Origin: Lepidodermella squamata
Lineage: Eukaryota > Animalia > Gastrotricha
Assembly: GCA_047495785.1 (NCBI GenBank)
Contig: JBLDXI010000003.1
Span: 3,224,001-3,288,000 of the forward strand
DNA: 64,000 nt
Reading direction: 5' to 3'
Made by a program: the position numbers and the translations under genes. Shown piece after piece: positions 39,921-51,865 of this stretch. Each line of letters begins with the position of its first letter. Positions within the stretch are counted from its first letter, which is position 1. The notes beneath the pieces are model-generated. The model saw only the letters and a program-made list of their open reading frames with translations, searched no databases and was not told the DNA's origin.

Positions 39921-41161
39921 ATGCGTGTCTACCTCGCTCTCGCTGTGATTATCCTGCTTGCCGCTACCGGTAATTTCCTGCCATCCTATCTTTTAAACAT
40001 GGTTGTTTTATTTTTGACATTTTCATTGTAGTCTCTTCCGGTGGTAAGGGCAAAGGTGCCAAGAAGGGTGGCAACAAAAAGGAAGCTTCGTTCTCTGCCT
40101 CGGTTGACCAACGCGACACCTACGACCGCAAGTCCGCCTCTGCTGAGCAGGAATCCGCTGCCGTCGACTACGCCTCGGCCGATGCTTCCCACAACAAGAA
40201 GACCAGCGACAAGCGCAAGCTGATCAAGACCCGATCGGCCAGCCGCGAACGCGCCTCGGCCAGCTACGAATCTGCCGGCAAGCGCGATTCCGCCTACGAC
40301 CAGAAGAAATCGAAGGCTGGCAGCAAGCGCCACGGCCGCGTTGTCCGCAAGAGCGACTCGGCTGCCTCCGCCAAGCACGACAACGCCTACGCCGACTCTG
40401 GCGCCGCCGCCGCTGCCCAGAAGCACAAGCGCAACAAGAAGCACGGCCGTGCCGACCACAAGCGCAAGGCTGCTTTCCAGAAGGACCAGGCCCGCGACAA
40501 GGCCGGCGAGGTGATCGAGTTCAAGAAGAAGACCTTCACCGACAAGGGCCACAACAAGGTCAACAAGTTCAGCTTCGAGTCCGGCTCGCAGGAGTTCGCC
40601 AAGGCCGACTCTGACGGCGCCGCCACCACTGCCAGCCGCAAGAAGACCGCCAAGAAGGCCCATGGCAAGAAGTCCCGCAAGGCCCACTCTGCCGACTACG
40701 CTTCCCGCGATTCGCAGGCCTCGGCCGCCGCTGCCTCGAAGAAGGCGAAGCGCAACAAGGCCCACCAACGCCGTGCCTCGGCATCCGTTGCCCGTGACTC
40801 GCGCAACGCCCGCGACTACAAGACCAGCAGCAAGAAGACCTCCGTCTCCGACTCTGCCCACGCCCGCAAGGCCTCGGCCAAGCACGACCGCAAACGCGCC
40901 TCCGCCTCGGCTGAGCGTGCCACCCACGATTTCGCTGCGTCTGTCTCTGGCAGCTACCAAGAACAGAAGAGCGCCAGCGCCAAGAAGGCCAGCCACAGCG
41001 CTGCTAAGGGCAAGAAGGCATCCAAGAAGGGTGGCAAGAAGGCTTCCAAGAAAGAAGGCAAAAAGGGTGGAAAGAAGACCGAAAAGAAGGGCGGCAAGAA
41101 GGGAGGCTACAACCACGGCTACAACAAGGCGTCTTCAGCCGGCAAGAGCTACACCTACTAA
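39921..41161 (+). CDS. Secreted type B protein, copy 2 (392 aa, Lys/Gly-rich C-tail)
   Basis: Exons 39921-39969 and 40032-41161. Signal-peptide-like MRVYLALAVIILLAATVSS. Core is colinear with copy 1. AATAAA at 41254. Confidence 0.9.
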
Positions 41162-41532
41162 GCGAATATAACCAAATTATTTTTGATTGCGATTTTGACG
41201 ATCTACAAACATATTTGTGATTTGTGATTGTGATTTCTCGATTAATTAAATGAAATAAATCAGGAGATTGGAACTGAGGATGCTTTTTATTCGGGTACAC
41301 TTAAAGAAAGGAAAAACCCTCATTTCTCGTTAAAAAATTATTTATGCTTGGAAAATGAACACCGGCTTTCATGAAATGAACATGAAGTTAACAAGGTTAT
41401 TAAAAGCTTCTTAAATGGCGATATTCTTGTTATCGACAGCGGATATTATGCGATCAGCATTTCAGATGCGTATGATAGATGGCAGAGGCGAAGCCCTCCT
41501 CAATTATTCCAATTAAGACCGGAAGCCATGGT

Positions 41533-41539
41533 ATAAAAG
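41533..41539 (+). promoter_or_regulatory. TATA box of the type C gene
   Basis: TATAAAA about 100 nt before ATG 41632. Conserved as TATATAA (62649-62655) in the diverged flank of copy 3, together with ATTATTCCAATTAAG. Confidence 0.7.
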
Positions 41540-41631
41540 CAGCGGGAATTCGGTTCCACATCATCAGCCATCTCTTGCTTCGATTTTCAAATTATTTATA
41601 ATTTCTCTTCATCTCATTATCCTATTCAACC

Positions 41632-42139
41632 ATGCGTGCTTTCCTCGCCATTGCTGCTATCGTCCTGCTCGGCCTTGGTAACACACTTTCTTCCTCACTT
41701 ATGCCCATAACCTGAAATTCCCTATTGCATTGTTTCAGCTTACTCTGAGGCCAAGGTGTGGAATGTTGAATCGAAAGAAATGCACCGCCACTACGAGAAG
41801 AAGGTGAGCGCCTCGGCGAGCCGCTCCTTCGAGAACAAGAAGGCTTTCCGCAAGGGACGTGCCTTCCCGATGAAGAAGCGCCACGGCAAGAAGATGAACA
41901 AGCGCCGCGGATCCTTCTCCAAGTCGGTCTCCAAGTCTGTTTCCTACTCGCGGTCCGCCTCGTTCTCCGGCAACCGCTGGGGCAAAAACAAGCGATTCGG
42001 TGGTCGCAAGTTCGGCAAGCACGGCAAGAACTTCGGCTACGGCCGCAAGGGCGGCAAGTTCGGCCACGGCAAGTTCGGCGGCCGCAAGGCCAACAAGGGC
42101 TCGTACTCCTTCAGCAAGTCCGTCAGCGTCTCCAACTAA
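41632..42139 (+). CDS. Secreted Lys/Ser/Gly/Phe-rich protein, type C, copy 1 (148 aa)
   Basis: Exons 41632-41677 and 41739-42139. Signal-peptide-like MRAFLAIAAIVLLGLAYSEA. Alternating S-x blocks (SFSKSVSKSVSYSRSASFS) and KFG repeats. AATAAA at 42195. Confidence 0.9.
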
Positions 42140-42576
42140 ATTATGATCACAAGAACTTTCCATCATTGATGAATCACGAGTAATTTTCATGCGAAATAAA
42201 AAATCATTTAAAAACTCCATTTGAGATTTTTGTCTATGATGAGGCCTGCGATGAATAACGGATTGGTGGTCGTACGCACTAACTTCAAATTCCTTAAGCC
42301 GAAAATTGAGGACGCCCTCAAATTTAACTCAAAAATAAAAGCAAACGATTCTATCTTTTTGAAAACTTGAAAAATCACAAGATTTGGATATTATCGAGAA
42401 GCTGTATTTTTTGTGCTATTCGCATACATTCATAGCTTATAGTAGGCAACTCGAGTCATAATAGATAAAAGATTCATTATTTTACAAACGTTAAACGCAA
42501 AGTTATGGCTATCAGACGCGTACAATTATGCCTAACCACAATCTTTTTCCAGCTATGCCATGTGGTTGTGGCGCAC

Positions 42577-43177
42577 CCCAGGCGAACACGCGTCATATGA
42601 AATTACGTGATAATATACGACGGAAATGTGACCGGCATGTTACATCATTAATCGAACGATTTCGTCGTATGGACATCACATCTCGCGGTTACTTGGTCGT
42701 CACATTTCAAACGCGGCGAAAATTATATCATATCGTGGTCACATCGCCGATGCGCCAAAAATTATATCACATCCCGGTTACATCCAAGTCACATCGCCGA
42801 AGATGTGATCGCGAAGTGATATAATTTTTGGCGCGTTCGAAATGTGACGACCGTACGACGGCTACATAATTCGACAAAAAATAGAAGAAACAAAGCTATT
42901 CGAGTAAATATGATATAATTTGTTAACATCACATCGCAATTTTTACCAATAATCTGATTATTTTTAGATTGTACATATGCAAATTAAACTGCTTTCTCTT
43001 TCTCCGCTTTAAAAAATAGATACCACACGATAGGACGAATATATGACGAACATGTGACGTTTTTCGCAATTATCATATAACTAGGCGGACATTCCTCAGT
43101 ATAACCGTCGCTCATGTTTTGATATGACGAAATTTCGGAATTTCACATGTCGGTCGTATGATCCGTGTTCGCCTGGG
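42577..43177. mobile_element. Non-autonomous TIR element (CCC...GGG ends, 2-bp TSD; CMC/EnSpm-like)
   Basis: TIR CCCAGGCGAACACG at 42577-42590 and its complement at 43164-43177. Flanked by AC on both sides. Many internal TCACAT/ATGTGA motifs. Confidence 0.75.
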
Positions 43178-43841
43178 ACGTGCTGTCAACAAAGATTCCA
43201 ACTCGAAACCCTTAGTTTTTTAATACCTGGAGGTTGAGATTTCTTTTCTGAAATTCCTGGAAAATCAGGGAAAAATCATTGAAGTTCGCTCCAAGTATCG
43301 ACATGTGGACCATGATGCGGGCTATCTAGGCCATTGAAAAAATGCTTCAATTTAAATTTAAATGACCGTGAAAATTATTTTTCTTTGTGATTGCGAAACC
43401 ATTTTTCCTCGATAACACCATTTGAAATGCCTTCAAAAATTTCGTAAAAATAATCAGCTTGTTCCTCGTGATTTCCTCCCTCCGTATCCATCAACGAAAA
43501 CCTTGGGAAAATCGAAACCGTCACGGAACCAGTAAAAAAACCAATCGACTATTTTGTTTACTTTTCCTGCAAGCGCTGATGAATCAGCTGACCATCTGGC
43601 GCCCATGGCGTAGCACCCTTTTTCTCGTGAGTAAGCAGTCTATCCTAAATTATGTCTATGGTGCGCGCGCTACCTTAATCCGCAAAGTGTAAACAAAACA
43701 TGCGATGCGCCACCTTCACCAGTGTTTTGTGGACAAAACGTGTAAATCGTAGCGCGAAACTTGAAGTCGCCGCCGAAAACCGTAAATTGTAATCCACACG
43801 CATAAAATCGCAGTTGATAATTGAAATAACGTAAACTTGTC

Positions 43842-44126
43842 ATGGATGAGCAATACGACCTTGACCCGGAGGACATTGTGTTGGAAGGAGATGTCGAGGC
43901 GGAAAATGTTGATGGCCGAGACCAAGACCACGACAACGAGAACCTTATGGGACCGTCCGAACAGCCGGCTAAAACAGTGACCAAGTAGACCTGGTTTCAC
44001 GTGCAAACATTCGACAGTTACGATCTGGTGCATGAGCATGCCAAGGCCATGGCAGCCGAACATGGCTTCAGTGACTGGAGCTACAGTAAGGTCACAGTCC
44101 TAAAAGATGGAACGACCAAATTGTGA
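43842..44126 (+). pseudogene. Degenerate Mutator-like (MULE/FAR1-type) transposase N-terminus
   Basis: ATG 43842, acidic leader, in-frame TAG at 43986, then WFHVQTFDSYDLVHEHAKAMAAEHGFS. By eye this resembles the F-x-S...Y/A...GF motif of MuDR/FAR1 DNA-binding domains. Confidence 0.4.
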
Positions 44127-44634
44127 CGAGTTGCCGATCTTCTTGATGTTGTCAGCGGCGGTTAGTGGATCACAAAGGCTCACAAAGGTATGTCATAAAC
44201 CCAACATAACGTCGGCGTTTGAGGGCTGGGAGTTGGACCCCGCCGAAGAATGAAACCAAATTTCTCATCTTGGTTCGCCTCTTCAAGTACTTTGCTGAAG
44301 GATCGCTGAAAAATATGGTTTGAATAACAGTATGAATGCATCAGGTTTCACATAAACAGCAGGAATCACCCAACTTATCTTTTCTTCTTTGTCGATAATT
44401 ATTATTGCGAAATTAATTGAAAAAATCGGCACCGCTACCTCGGCATAGGTCCGCAGTGCAACGATAGAGTCGTCGATACCCGGTAGACTCGGTTTTTCCA
44501 GGTGAATATCGACAACCAGTCAACTAACGGGTGTGACAACCCTTAACTAGCAAGTTAACTTAATGAAAACCATTCCAGTCCATGCATTTTAAGGTGGTCT
44601 TTCTTTCGATCACTTACTTATCGTTCAAAAGTTC

Positions 44635-44960
44635 AAAATAAGAGTTGGTGCGAAGTGCCTGAAAAATGGCAATGAGTAATTCGCTGACTTTCCGGCCGGA
44701 AACGACTGGATCTCAAACAAAACTGGATTATCGACCTCGGACAACGGCTATCAAATTCTCGACAAACTGTGTCGACGTTGCAGCAGTTCATGGTGGAAAC
44801 AAGCCCATCAACACTACCCGGTGTCGCTATGCGCTATGGTGATGCCGAGAAAGAAACCCTCGCTCATGTGTTAGGCGCTTGTAACCACAATAGCTTCCTC
44901 ATCAACAAACGGCATAACACTGTCCGCAGAATGATTGCTAACGCGTTCAGAAGTCTCCAG
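44635..44960 (+). mobile_element. Frameshifted fragment of an RLE-type non-LTR retrotransposon (R2/NeSL-like zinc knuckle region)
   Basis: Pieces in shifting frames: FPAGNDWISNKTGLSTS, TAIKFSTN...TTRCR and KETLAHVLGACNHNSFLINKRHNTVRRMIA (CCHC knuckle followed by the RHN motif). Confidence 0.7.
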
Positions 44961-47137
44961 GCGCGTGAAGCGGGATGCGGTACGTTTGCTACGCCGTTTG
45001 GGTAGCGACCCCCCACTTGGACTACCTGAGGGTACTGTCCTCACCAAGAGCGACAAGAGTAATATTCTCATCTTGGAAGATGCGAAACGTTATGCCGCCG
45101 TCGGGGAAAATTTCCTCGGTGACGCTACAATGTGGCATCAGCGCGGCGACGACGGGGCTGTGGAATTCCAGGCGTCCTTAGATGCCCTCCACTCCCGTCT
45201 CCTGCTGGCGAGCAGGTGGTACCAGACCAATCACCCTTTGCTGGTCCACATTGGCTTGCCGGCGCGGGAAAAGTGTATGTACTTCAACTACAAGACCCAC
45301 AAACCCCTGGACGATAAGGGTTTTCCAAAGGTTAGGCCCATCACTGATGCATACAACACGTATACATCAGCGCTCGACCGGTCTTTAAGCTTGCTGATCG
45401 GGGCACCAACTTCCGTCCAGGGGAATCCCAGCTTAAGGCGCTCATCGTGAACAGGAAACCGATATGGGATAACCTGGAGACTACGGCGAAGGATACCCTC
45501 CAGGTTATCCAGCGTGTGCGAGCTCTGCTTCTTCGCAACGCGGAGAGGCCTGTATTCATCATGTCAGCCAGTGTTTTCCTTAAGCGGTTTAACAGTTTAA
45601 AATTTAAACACCAAACGGAGCAGTTTTAAACACCAAAACGGCTTGCTACAGGCCCTGAAACGCATCCATACACTAATTGAGAAGCCCAAGTTTAATAGGC
45701 TGTGTCCCTTGGATAGTTTTAGCTCTTGGGGAACATAAATACTCAAAAATTTTGCTCGCTTCGCTCGCCCTAATTCTCAATTTTTCGATACGATTAGGAA
45801 ACGATCTAGGATTCTCCAAATCTGTGGTCTCTCTGACAAATCAAATGATCTGCCCTTAATTTTTATAATTCGAGATCACTACAGTTACGCAGATACTACT
45901 GGTATCGAAGTTATCGAAGCGCGAAAAATGGGAAATTCTGCTCTAAATGCTCGATTTTTAGACCGTTTCTATCTCAAAATCAGGATAAATATCGTCAGCT
46001 AATGCTCGCTTCGCTCGCGGTGGTAAATTTAGCCATATTTAGTGATATGAGCGCGCGAAAATTGGGCGGGTAGTCAAAATGGAGCTTCCCATCAAATTCA
46101 TCTTTTAGCGTTTACTATATAGCTCTAGCGATAATAGTGGCTTGGGCCAAAGGCGCCCACCCCTCACCCCACTAAAAATGTTGACAAATGTACACATTAT
46201 TGATTTAAACACCAAAAATTTTGGTTTAAACACCAATCAGGGTCTTAAGGAAAACACTGTGTCAGCGGACATCAATGACATGTATAACCAGGTGCCTACA
46301 GATGAGGCGGTCCAGTCCGTCCGCTGGTACCTCACTGAGTTCCACCGGGTCCCCGTGGAGGCCGTGGACCCGACATGTCAGCTCACTGAGCTAGTGCTAC
46401 GGCACAACACGGTTTCTTTTAATGGCAGATATTACCAGCAGGTGAGAGGCCTTGCGATGGGCGGTAACATCTCCCCTGTGGCCATTTGTTGGTTATACTA
46501 CAAGGAGAGGTGGCTATCCCTTGGCTGTGGGTCAATGTACACTACGCGCTTCCTGGATGACATTCTGTCTATCTCACTCATGAGGGAAGGTCTCATGCAC
46601 TACGTAGCGTCTTACGAGGCTAGTCACCCGAACATTAAGGTCTCTGCGGAAATCGCAGTGGACAAGCAACACTTCCTGGATATCTCCATCCATAGGCATG
46701 GTGATAAGCTCACTACTGGGCTATACGTTAAGCCAACGGACAACCTAGCGTTGCTCCACGGCAGCTCTAACCACCCTCCTCAGGTATTCCGTGGCATAAT
46801 GCGCGGACAGATTCTGCGCTTTCTCCGCATCTGCCAGACACATCAGGCATTCATGCATGCATGCATGCAGCTCGCCATCAGGCTGCATGCACGGGGCTAC
46901 TCTTGGCATGCCTTCGTGACTGCTCTCCAGAGTACAGCTCGGGACAGGCAGGGTCTAAACTGGCCCTATAAGTTACCCAAGCGACCTAACAATGTGCATC
47001 GCACCACCAACAAGCTCACATACCACCGAGCCCTGCTACCAATCCTACGGGTGATCAGGGCGAGGGTACCAGTGGCTCTCATGTTGGACCAGTCGATTGG
47101 CAGACGCTATCGACGTTCAAGATTCATTCGTAAATGA
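44960..47137 (+). mobile_element. Penelope-like element reverse transcriptase (5'-truncated, one frameshift, split by an insertion)
   Basis: Motifs KSDKSN, YKTHK...RPIT, AKDT, SADINDMY, QQVRGLAMG, RFLDD, FLD and YVKPTD...LHGSSNHP...GQILRFLRIC. Frameshift lies near 45390-45447. No GIY-YIG domain before stop 47137. Confidence 0.9.
45569..46259. mobile_element. 691-bp non-autonomous TIR element inserted in the RT, 7-bp TSD
   Basis: TIR CAGTGTTTTCCTTAAG (45569-45584 / 46244-46259). TSD TGTCAGC (45562-45568 / 46260-46266). Subterminal TTTAAACACCA x4 and GCTCGCTTCGCTCGC x2. Confidence 0.92.
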
Positions 47138-47143
47138 TCTATT

Positions 47144-47785
47144 TTGCCTTGCAGGTGGCGCCGTTGGCGACCCCCAAAAGAAGAACCAGCGTACACGTTT
47201 CACAGCGCCTTTTCACAGTGTACTAACTGTGTACTCGGTGTTGTTGTGTTGTCTGTCAATAAACATACGCTGATGTGCAAATTGTCTCTTTTCACAGCTG
47301 GGCAAAGTCTCATGTTCCCCATTGCTGGGCGTAAACCCCAATGTCCCACGCCCCCGGAAGTAGTGGAACTCCCGCCTTCCGTCCAGTCTAGCCAGCTCGC
47401 GTCACGCCCACGTCCTGTGTCCCCTGTGACGGGGGGTGACCGGGCGATGGCGCGCCATCACTTCTGGTTGAAAATTTGGGAGCAGAAGAAGGCGACACCG
47501 TTCTATCAGGCGATCTCTGAGGAACTCCGCTGCGGTTTTCGCAGATGCGACTACCGCTGTTGTAATATCCACGGCATGTACCTACATTTTATTAACGCTC
47601 ACCCACGGGCGTGCTGCATCTTCCGGAACTTCTGGAAGCGCATCTGTGCGGAGTGGTGGAAGAAGGACACCACCCACCACCCTGACAATGTACGGTGGCC
47701 ACACTGCTTTTGTGAGCAGACTGCGAGCTATGAGGCCCTTTACGCACGGCGTCAGGCGTCCTCAACGAGGCGTGGGATCCCTTAA
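47144..47785 (+). CDS. Small ORF with one C2H2 zinc finger downstream of the RT (probably element-encoded)
   Basis: CGFRRC-x12-HFINAH fits C-x4-C-x12-H-x4-H. Acceptor-like sites at 47154 and 47297. True start is uncertain. Confidence 0.45.
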   Translation: MPCRWRRWRPPKEEPAYTFHSAFSQCTNCVLGVVVLSVNKHTLMCKLSLFTAGQSLMFPIAGRKPQCPTPPEVVELPPSVQSSQLASRPRPVSPVTGGDRAMARHHFWLKIWEQKKATPFYQAISEELRCGFRRCDYRCCNIHGMYLHFINAHPRACCIFRNFWKRICAEWWKKDTTHHPDNVRWPHCFCEQTASYEALYARRQASSTRRGIP

Positions 47786-48251
47786 ACTTTAGCGCCCTGA
47801 CATCTGCTAAAAGGACGTTACGGATGGAGTCCGCGCCCTAGGTGAGCCTCCGGGCCTGAGGGCAGGATCCCATAAGCAGGCAATGCCCGCTTGGCTGGTA
47901 TCAGCCGCCAGGTACGCATCCTGGCTTCAACTCTCACTTGGGCTAATGCCCTATGTTAGAGCGTGGCGGTGTGCGCCAGTTGCGCGCACTGCACGTGCGT
48001 GCCAACTCGTTGGTACGCCATATCCGTACGGCTTTTCTTGACTGCATTAAGTTTGCAGTTGGTTTGTGGGTTTGATTGGACTTGTGAGCTAATGGCTCAC
48101 TTGAGGGTACCACAGTGTGGCCCGCTCCGCAGACCCAGTGTCCTTAACAAAAAAAACGGACCTTTGCACTGGAACCTTGACGTGGTGGTACCGCTTGACC
48201 AGCTAAAGATCCAAGGCCTCACTGCCAGGGAAATCCTGAATGTGCTATAGG

Positions 48252-51009
48252 CAGAGGTGGAATTGGGGCGGTTTGGGTTGGTGTACATATATGGGGTGCG
48301 GTGTGGGTCATGGTTTGGTGCGGGTTGGAATGGGTTGGGTTGCGGTTAGCCCATATGGGTTGCGGGTTATTTAACCCACATTATCTATTTTTGATATTAA
48401 AAGAGCTGTCATGTTTTAAAACATCGGCAAATACTCTGCTAAACATAGCGAAGCCATTTACGTTTCCCTATCAATTCCAATAATTTGAAAGTTACACATA
48501 AATCGACCAACAAAGCGCAATTACATTTTGTTTGCTATTGAAATTCATTCATTCGCTTGAACTCATGTTTTTGCTTCGGCGGATTGTTTTCTGTGATACA
48601 TTATTCAACGACAAATGCTGTGCCTGAATCGCTAACCGGCATTGAAGCGGTCTAGGCAGCAGCGAATAAGCCAAAACAGTCGAAAATAGTGAAATATTGA
48701 ATAGATCTGAGTTTCGCCAACATTTGACGGCGGGTGAATCTCATTTAGTTTTTTTCGACGTAGAATCCCATTTTGCTAAATTTTCTGCTAAGTTCTGATT
48801 ACACCTGCCATGTATGGCGGCATTTGGTGTTTGAAATTCGACCCATGCGATTTTATACACACCTCTTTTGTATCAAGTCGAGCATAGCTTACCATCCGCC
48901 AATATTTTTATTTTGAAAATGCCGTTCTGATTTCAACCCAAATTTCATGAAATTTTGGAGAATAACAGATGGAATGATGGATAATCATTTGGTAATAAAT
49001 TCATCCGGAACTGACGCTTTACGGAATCGAAAATATGATTATTGATTATCCAATTTGATGTTATGTGACGAATGGCCCCTGCCCCGTTGACTAGACCTGC
49101 GTCTCATGGGATGAGCAAGATATACCAGTATTACTTGCCACTACAATTCAGCGGATAGCCTAGCTTAGGTAGTCCATTTTCCAGGATCACCTGAGGAGCT
49201 TTATTAGAAATACGGTGTGTTTAATTGTTCGGTTCGGAGTTTTAACCAAGTACCACAAGTACTATTGCTCCAAGGGAATCACCAGTGAGCTCAAAACGGT
49301 ACTTATATACTGGTACATATCTCGATCCGCGATAAAAATGCTATCAAAACTTTTATTTATGAATCTATCAGGGATTCAGCTTCATTTTTTATTATTAATA
49401 TGGCTAAATTGTTTCAAGATTTTTTGTAAATTTCAAAGGTAATTCTTCGAATTTGAATGCCGTATTTTCTGAACCCCCACCCCCTCTCGTTTAGTGCCCT
49501 GCCTCGTTTAAAAGCCTAGGTATATCTGATTTTTAATATGTGGAGCCCTACCTTGAATAGTAACCTGGGCGCATAGTACGCGAAGATTAAACCCTCTTCG
49601 CTGCCCTAGCGCGCATGCTAACACGTGAAAAAAGCCCCTTAAGCTCCTAGAGGTCCAGTCGACACTCGAGATGCGGATGTTGCGCTGTTACCTGACCGCA
49701 TGAGATGAGAGGCTGGAATAAATCGATTAAATCTTCATTACTCGCCGCGCCGAAGGTGCTATTGGCGCCTCCTGTTTCTATTTCCGGGTTGTATAGCCTA
49801 GTTTTTGTTGGTTTTCAAGGCTTCAATTTTGCATAACCTTGGGTTGGTTCAGCTTAAAATAGCTAAACATCTTTAGGTTCTGATAAATTATAATCTTTTC
49901 TCAGATATCAGACTAAAATCACGCATGAAAAACTATTAGGGCGCCGATATTTATAAACCTCTAACTTCAAACTCAAAACATATTTGTAGCTGAAATCGTC
50001 GTTGGTTCGGCTAAAAGCCCTATCTCTGTAAAACCGGAGGGTCGAATGGCGCCGGCTAGATTAGAATGAATTCATGAATACCTAGCCATAAGTAAGATTC
50101 CTCTCATAGATTTGGCGAAAACTGGACATCTTCGCTCATAGATCAATAAACTCTTCTCACTAAAATGAAATCCGAAATGTGCCGAACTTCGTAAACTGGG
50201 GATATCAACTATCAGTCTCTATACTGTGGAGATCATCCTCTAAACTTCAAAACTAGTTCGATCCCGTTAGAATTATTTTCCTGGCAATGCCGAGAGTGTT
50301 TAAGCAATGCTATGCCTCGCACACGTTTAAAAAGCTAGCTAAACAGGGGGGTGGCGGAGAATTAACTTCTTCACAACGGAGCTCGGTATTAAATTCCAAG
50401 GGGATATTTAAAATTTTTCTACGATAGTTTTTAGTTGAAAATTCTTATAAGCATTCTTTTGCTCAATCAAAAATTGAAATTTGGCCCTACCGCAGGCAAA
50501 TTTAGGATACAAATTAAAAAATTAAAAGCGCAAATCCTGAGAAATCATGATGCACTGTTGTAGTAATCAGCGGGCATTGTTCGGCTGTTTTGTCAATTGC
50601 TGAATTCGCACATGGAGCGACAGTAGCTTGATAGTAGCAATAAATTAATATCAGCGATAAAGCATTTTGAAACTACTGCTAATTATGAAGGATCGAGTAT
50701 TGTTCCCTCGCATTGCGCAATAACCTCAGTAGTGTGCACTCTTCGCTGGAAAACTCATTCGATCGATGACATTATACTCATTTGATTCCATACTATCAAT
50801 TCAAGCTCATGTAACGCAAAATATTATTGGGCTCCGATCATTTGGCAATGTTTTCTGCCAGAAATATACAAGTACGGTGATGTGGGTTAAATAACCCGCA
50901 ACCCATATGGGCTAACCGCAACCCAACCCATTCCAACCCGCACCAAACCATGACCCACACCGCACCCCATATATGTACACCAACCCAAACCGCCCCAATT
51001 CCACCTCTG
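48252..51009. mobile_element. 2,758-bp non-autonomous hAT-like DNA transposon
   Basis: 130-bp TIRs starting CAGAGGTGGAATT (48252-48381 / 50880-51009), with no mismatch seen. 8-bp TSD GCTATAGG (48244-48251 / 51010-51017). No internal transposase ORF. Confidence 0.92.
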
Positions 51010-51865
51010 GCTATAGGTATCTTGTTGGTTGCCTAATGCCAGTGCCGTCGTCAGGCTGCCTTCAGCGTAGCCGCGACAATAAGGACATTCAAACACTCTC
51101 TGCCGACAACTGCTATTATTGTTATTTCCTGCCCAAGTGGCTGTCGGCCATGTCTTGGCCACACACATGGATGAGATCTTAGCAGTAAGCAATGCGAACT
51201 GTTCCACAGCTTGGCGGCAACCCGCTAGGATGTGATTTTATGCGTGTGGATTACAATTTACGGTTTTCGGCGGCGACTTCAAGTTTCGCGCTACGATTTA
51301 CACGTTTTGTCCACAAAACACTGGTGAAGGTGGCGCATCGCATGTTTTGTTTACACTTTGCGGATTAAGGTAGCGCGCGCACCATAGACATAATTTAGGA
51401 TAGACTGCTTACTCACGAGAAAAAGGGTGCTACGCCATGGGCGCCAGATGGTCAGCTGATTCATCAGCGCTTGCAGGAAAAGTAAACAAAATAGTCGATT
51501 GGTTTTTTTACTGGTTCCGTGACGGTTTCGATTTTCCCAAGGTTTTCGTTGATGGATACGGAGGGAGGAAATCACGAGGAACAAGCTGATTATTTTTACG
51601 AAATTTTTGAAGGCATTTCAAATGGTGTTATCGAGGAAAAATGGTTTCGCAATCACAAAGAAAAATAATTTTCACGGTCATTTAAATTTAAATTGAAGCA
51701 TTTTTTCAATGGCCTAGATAGCCCGCATCATGGTCCACATGTCGATACTTGGAGCGAACTTCAATGATTTTTCCCTGATTTTCCAGGAATTTCAGAAAAG
51801 AAATCTCAACCTCCAGGTATTAAAAAACTAAGGGTTTCGAGTTGGAATCTTTGTTGACAGCACGT

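Larger units (their letters stand above)
38312..43809 (+). repeat. Left arm of a 5,498-bp near-perfect inverted repeat
   Basis: ORFs here have identical or near-identical mirror ORFs with coordinate sum 95043. Differences I found: 38379/56664, 42377/52666 and an A/T-tract variant near 38351-38363. Confidence 0.97.

Noticed and set aside
39986-41116. Long antisense and alternate-frame ORFs over the A/B/C genes (e.g. 376 aa hydrophobic ORF, its mirror 53927-55057, 35208-35966, 38887-39759)
   Set aside because: Shadows of the extreme codon bias of the sense genes, which avoids codons that read as stops in other frames. They have no independent start or splice signals.
40960-41161. Histone H1/protamine-like KKASKKGGKK tail in type B
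   Set aside because: Compositional similarity only. The protein has a signal peptide and no globular H1 domain.
42590-43165. CRISPR-like or regular array suggested by recurring TCACAT motifs, and the 98-aa ORF 42528-42824
   Set aside because: Eukaryotic context with no fixed repeat-spacer period. These are internal repeats of a MITE.
45385-45436. TTAAGCT...AGCTTAA mini inverted repeat near the RT frameshift; in-frame TGA at 45448 as possible selenocysteine
   Set aside because: Removing the 48 bp does not restore the frame. The conserved RT motifs continue in a different frame, so TGA read-through does not explain it.
48252-48381. Telomere-like GGGTT repeats
   Set aside because: Irregular units confined to the TIRs of a TSD-flanked transposon.
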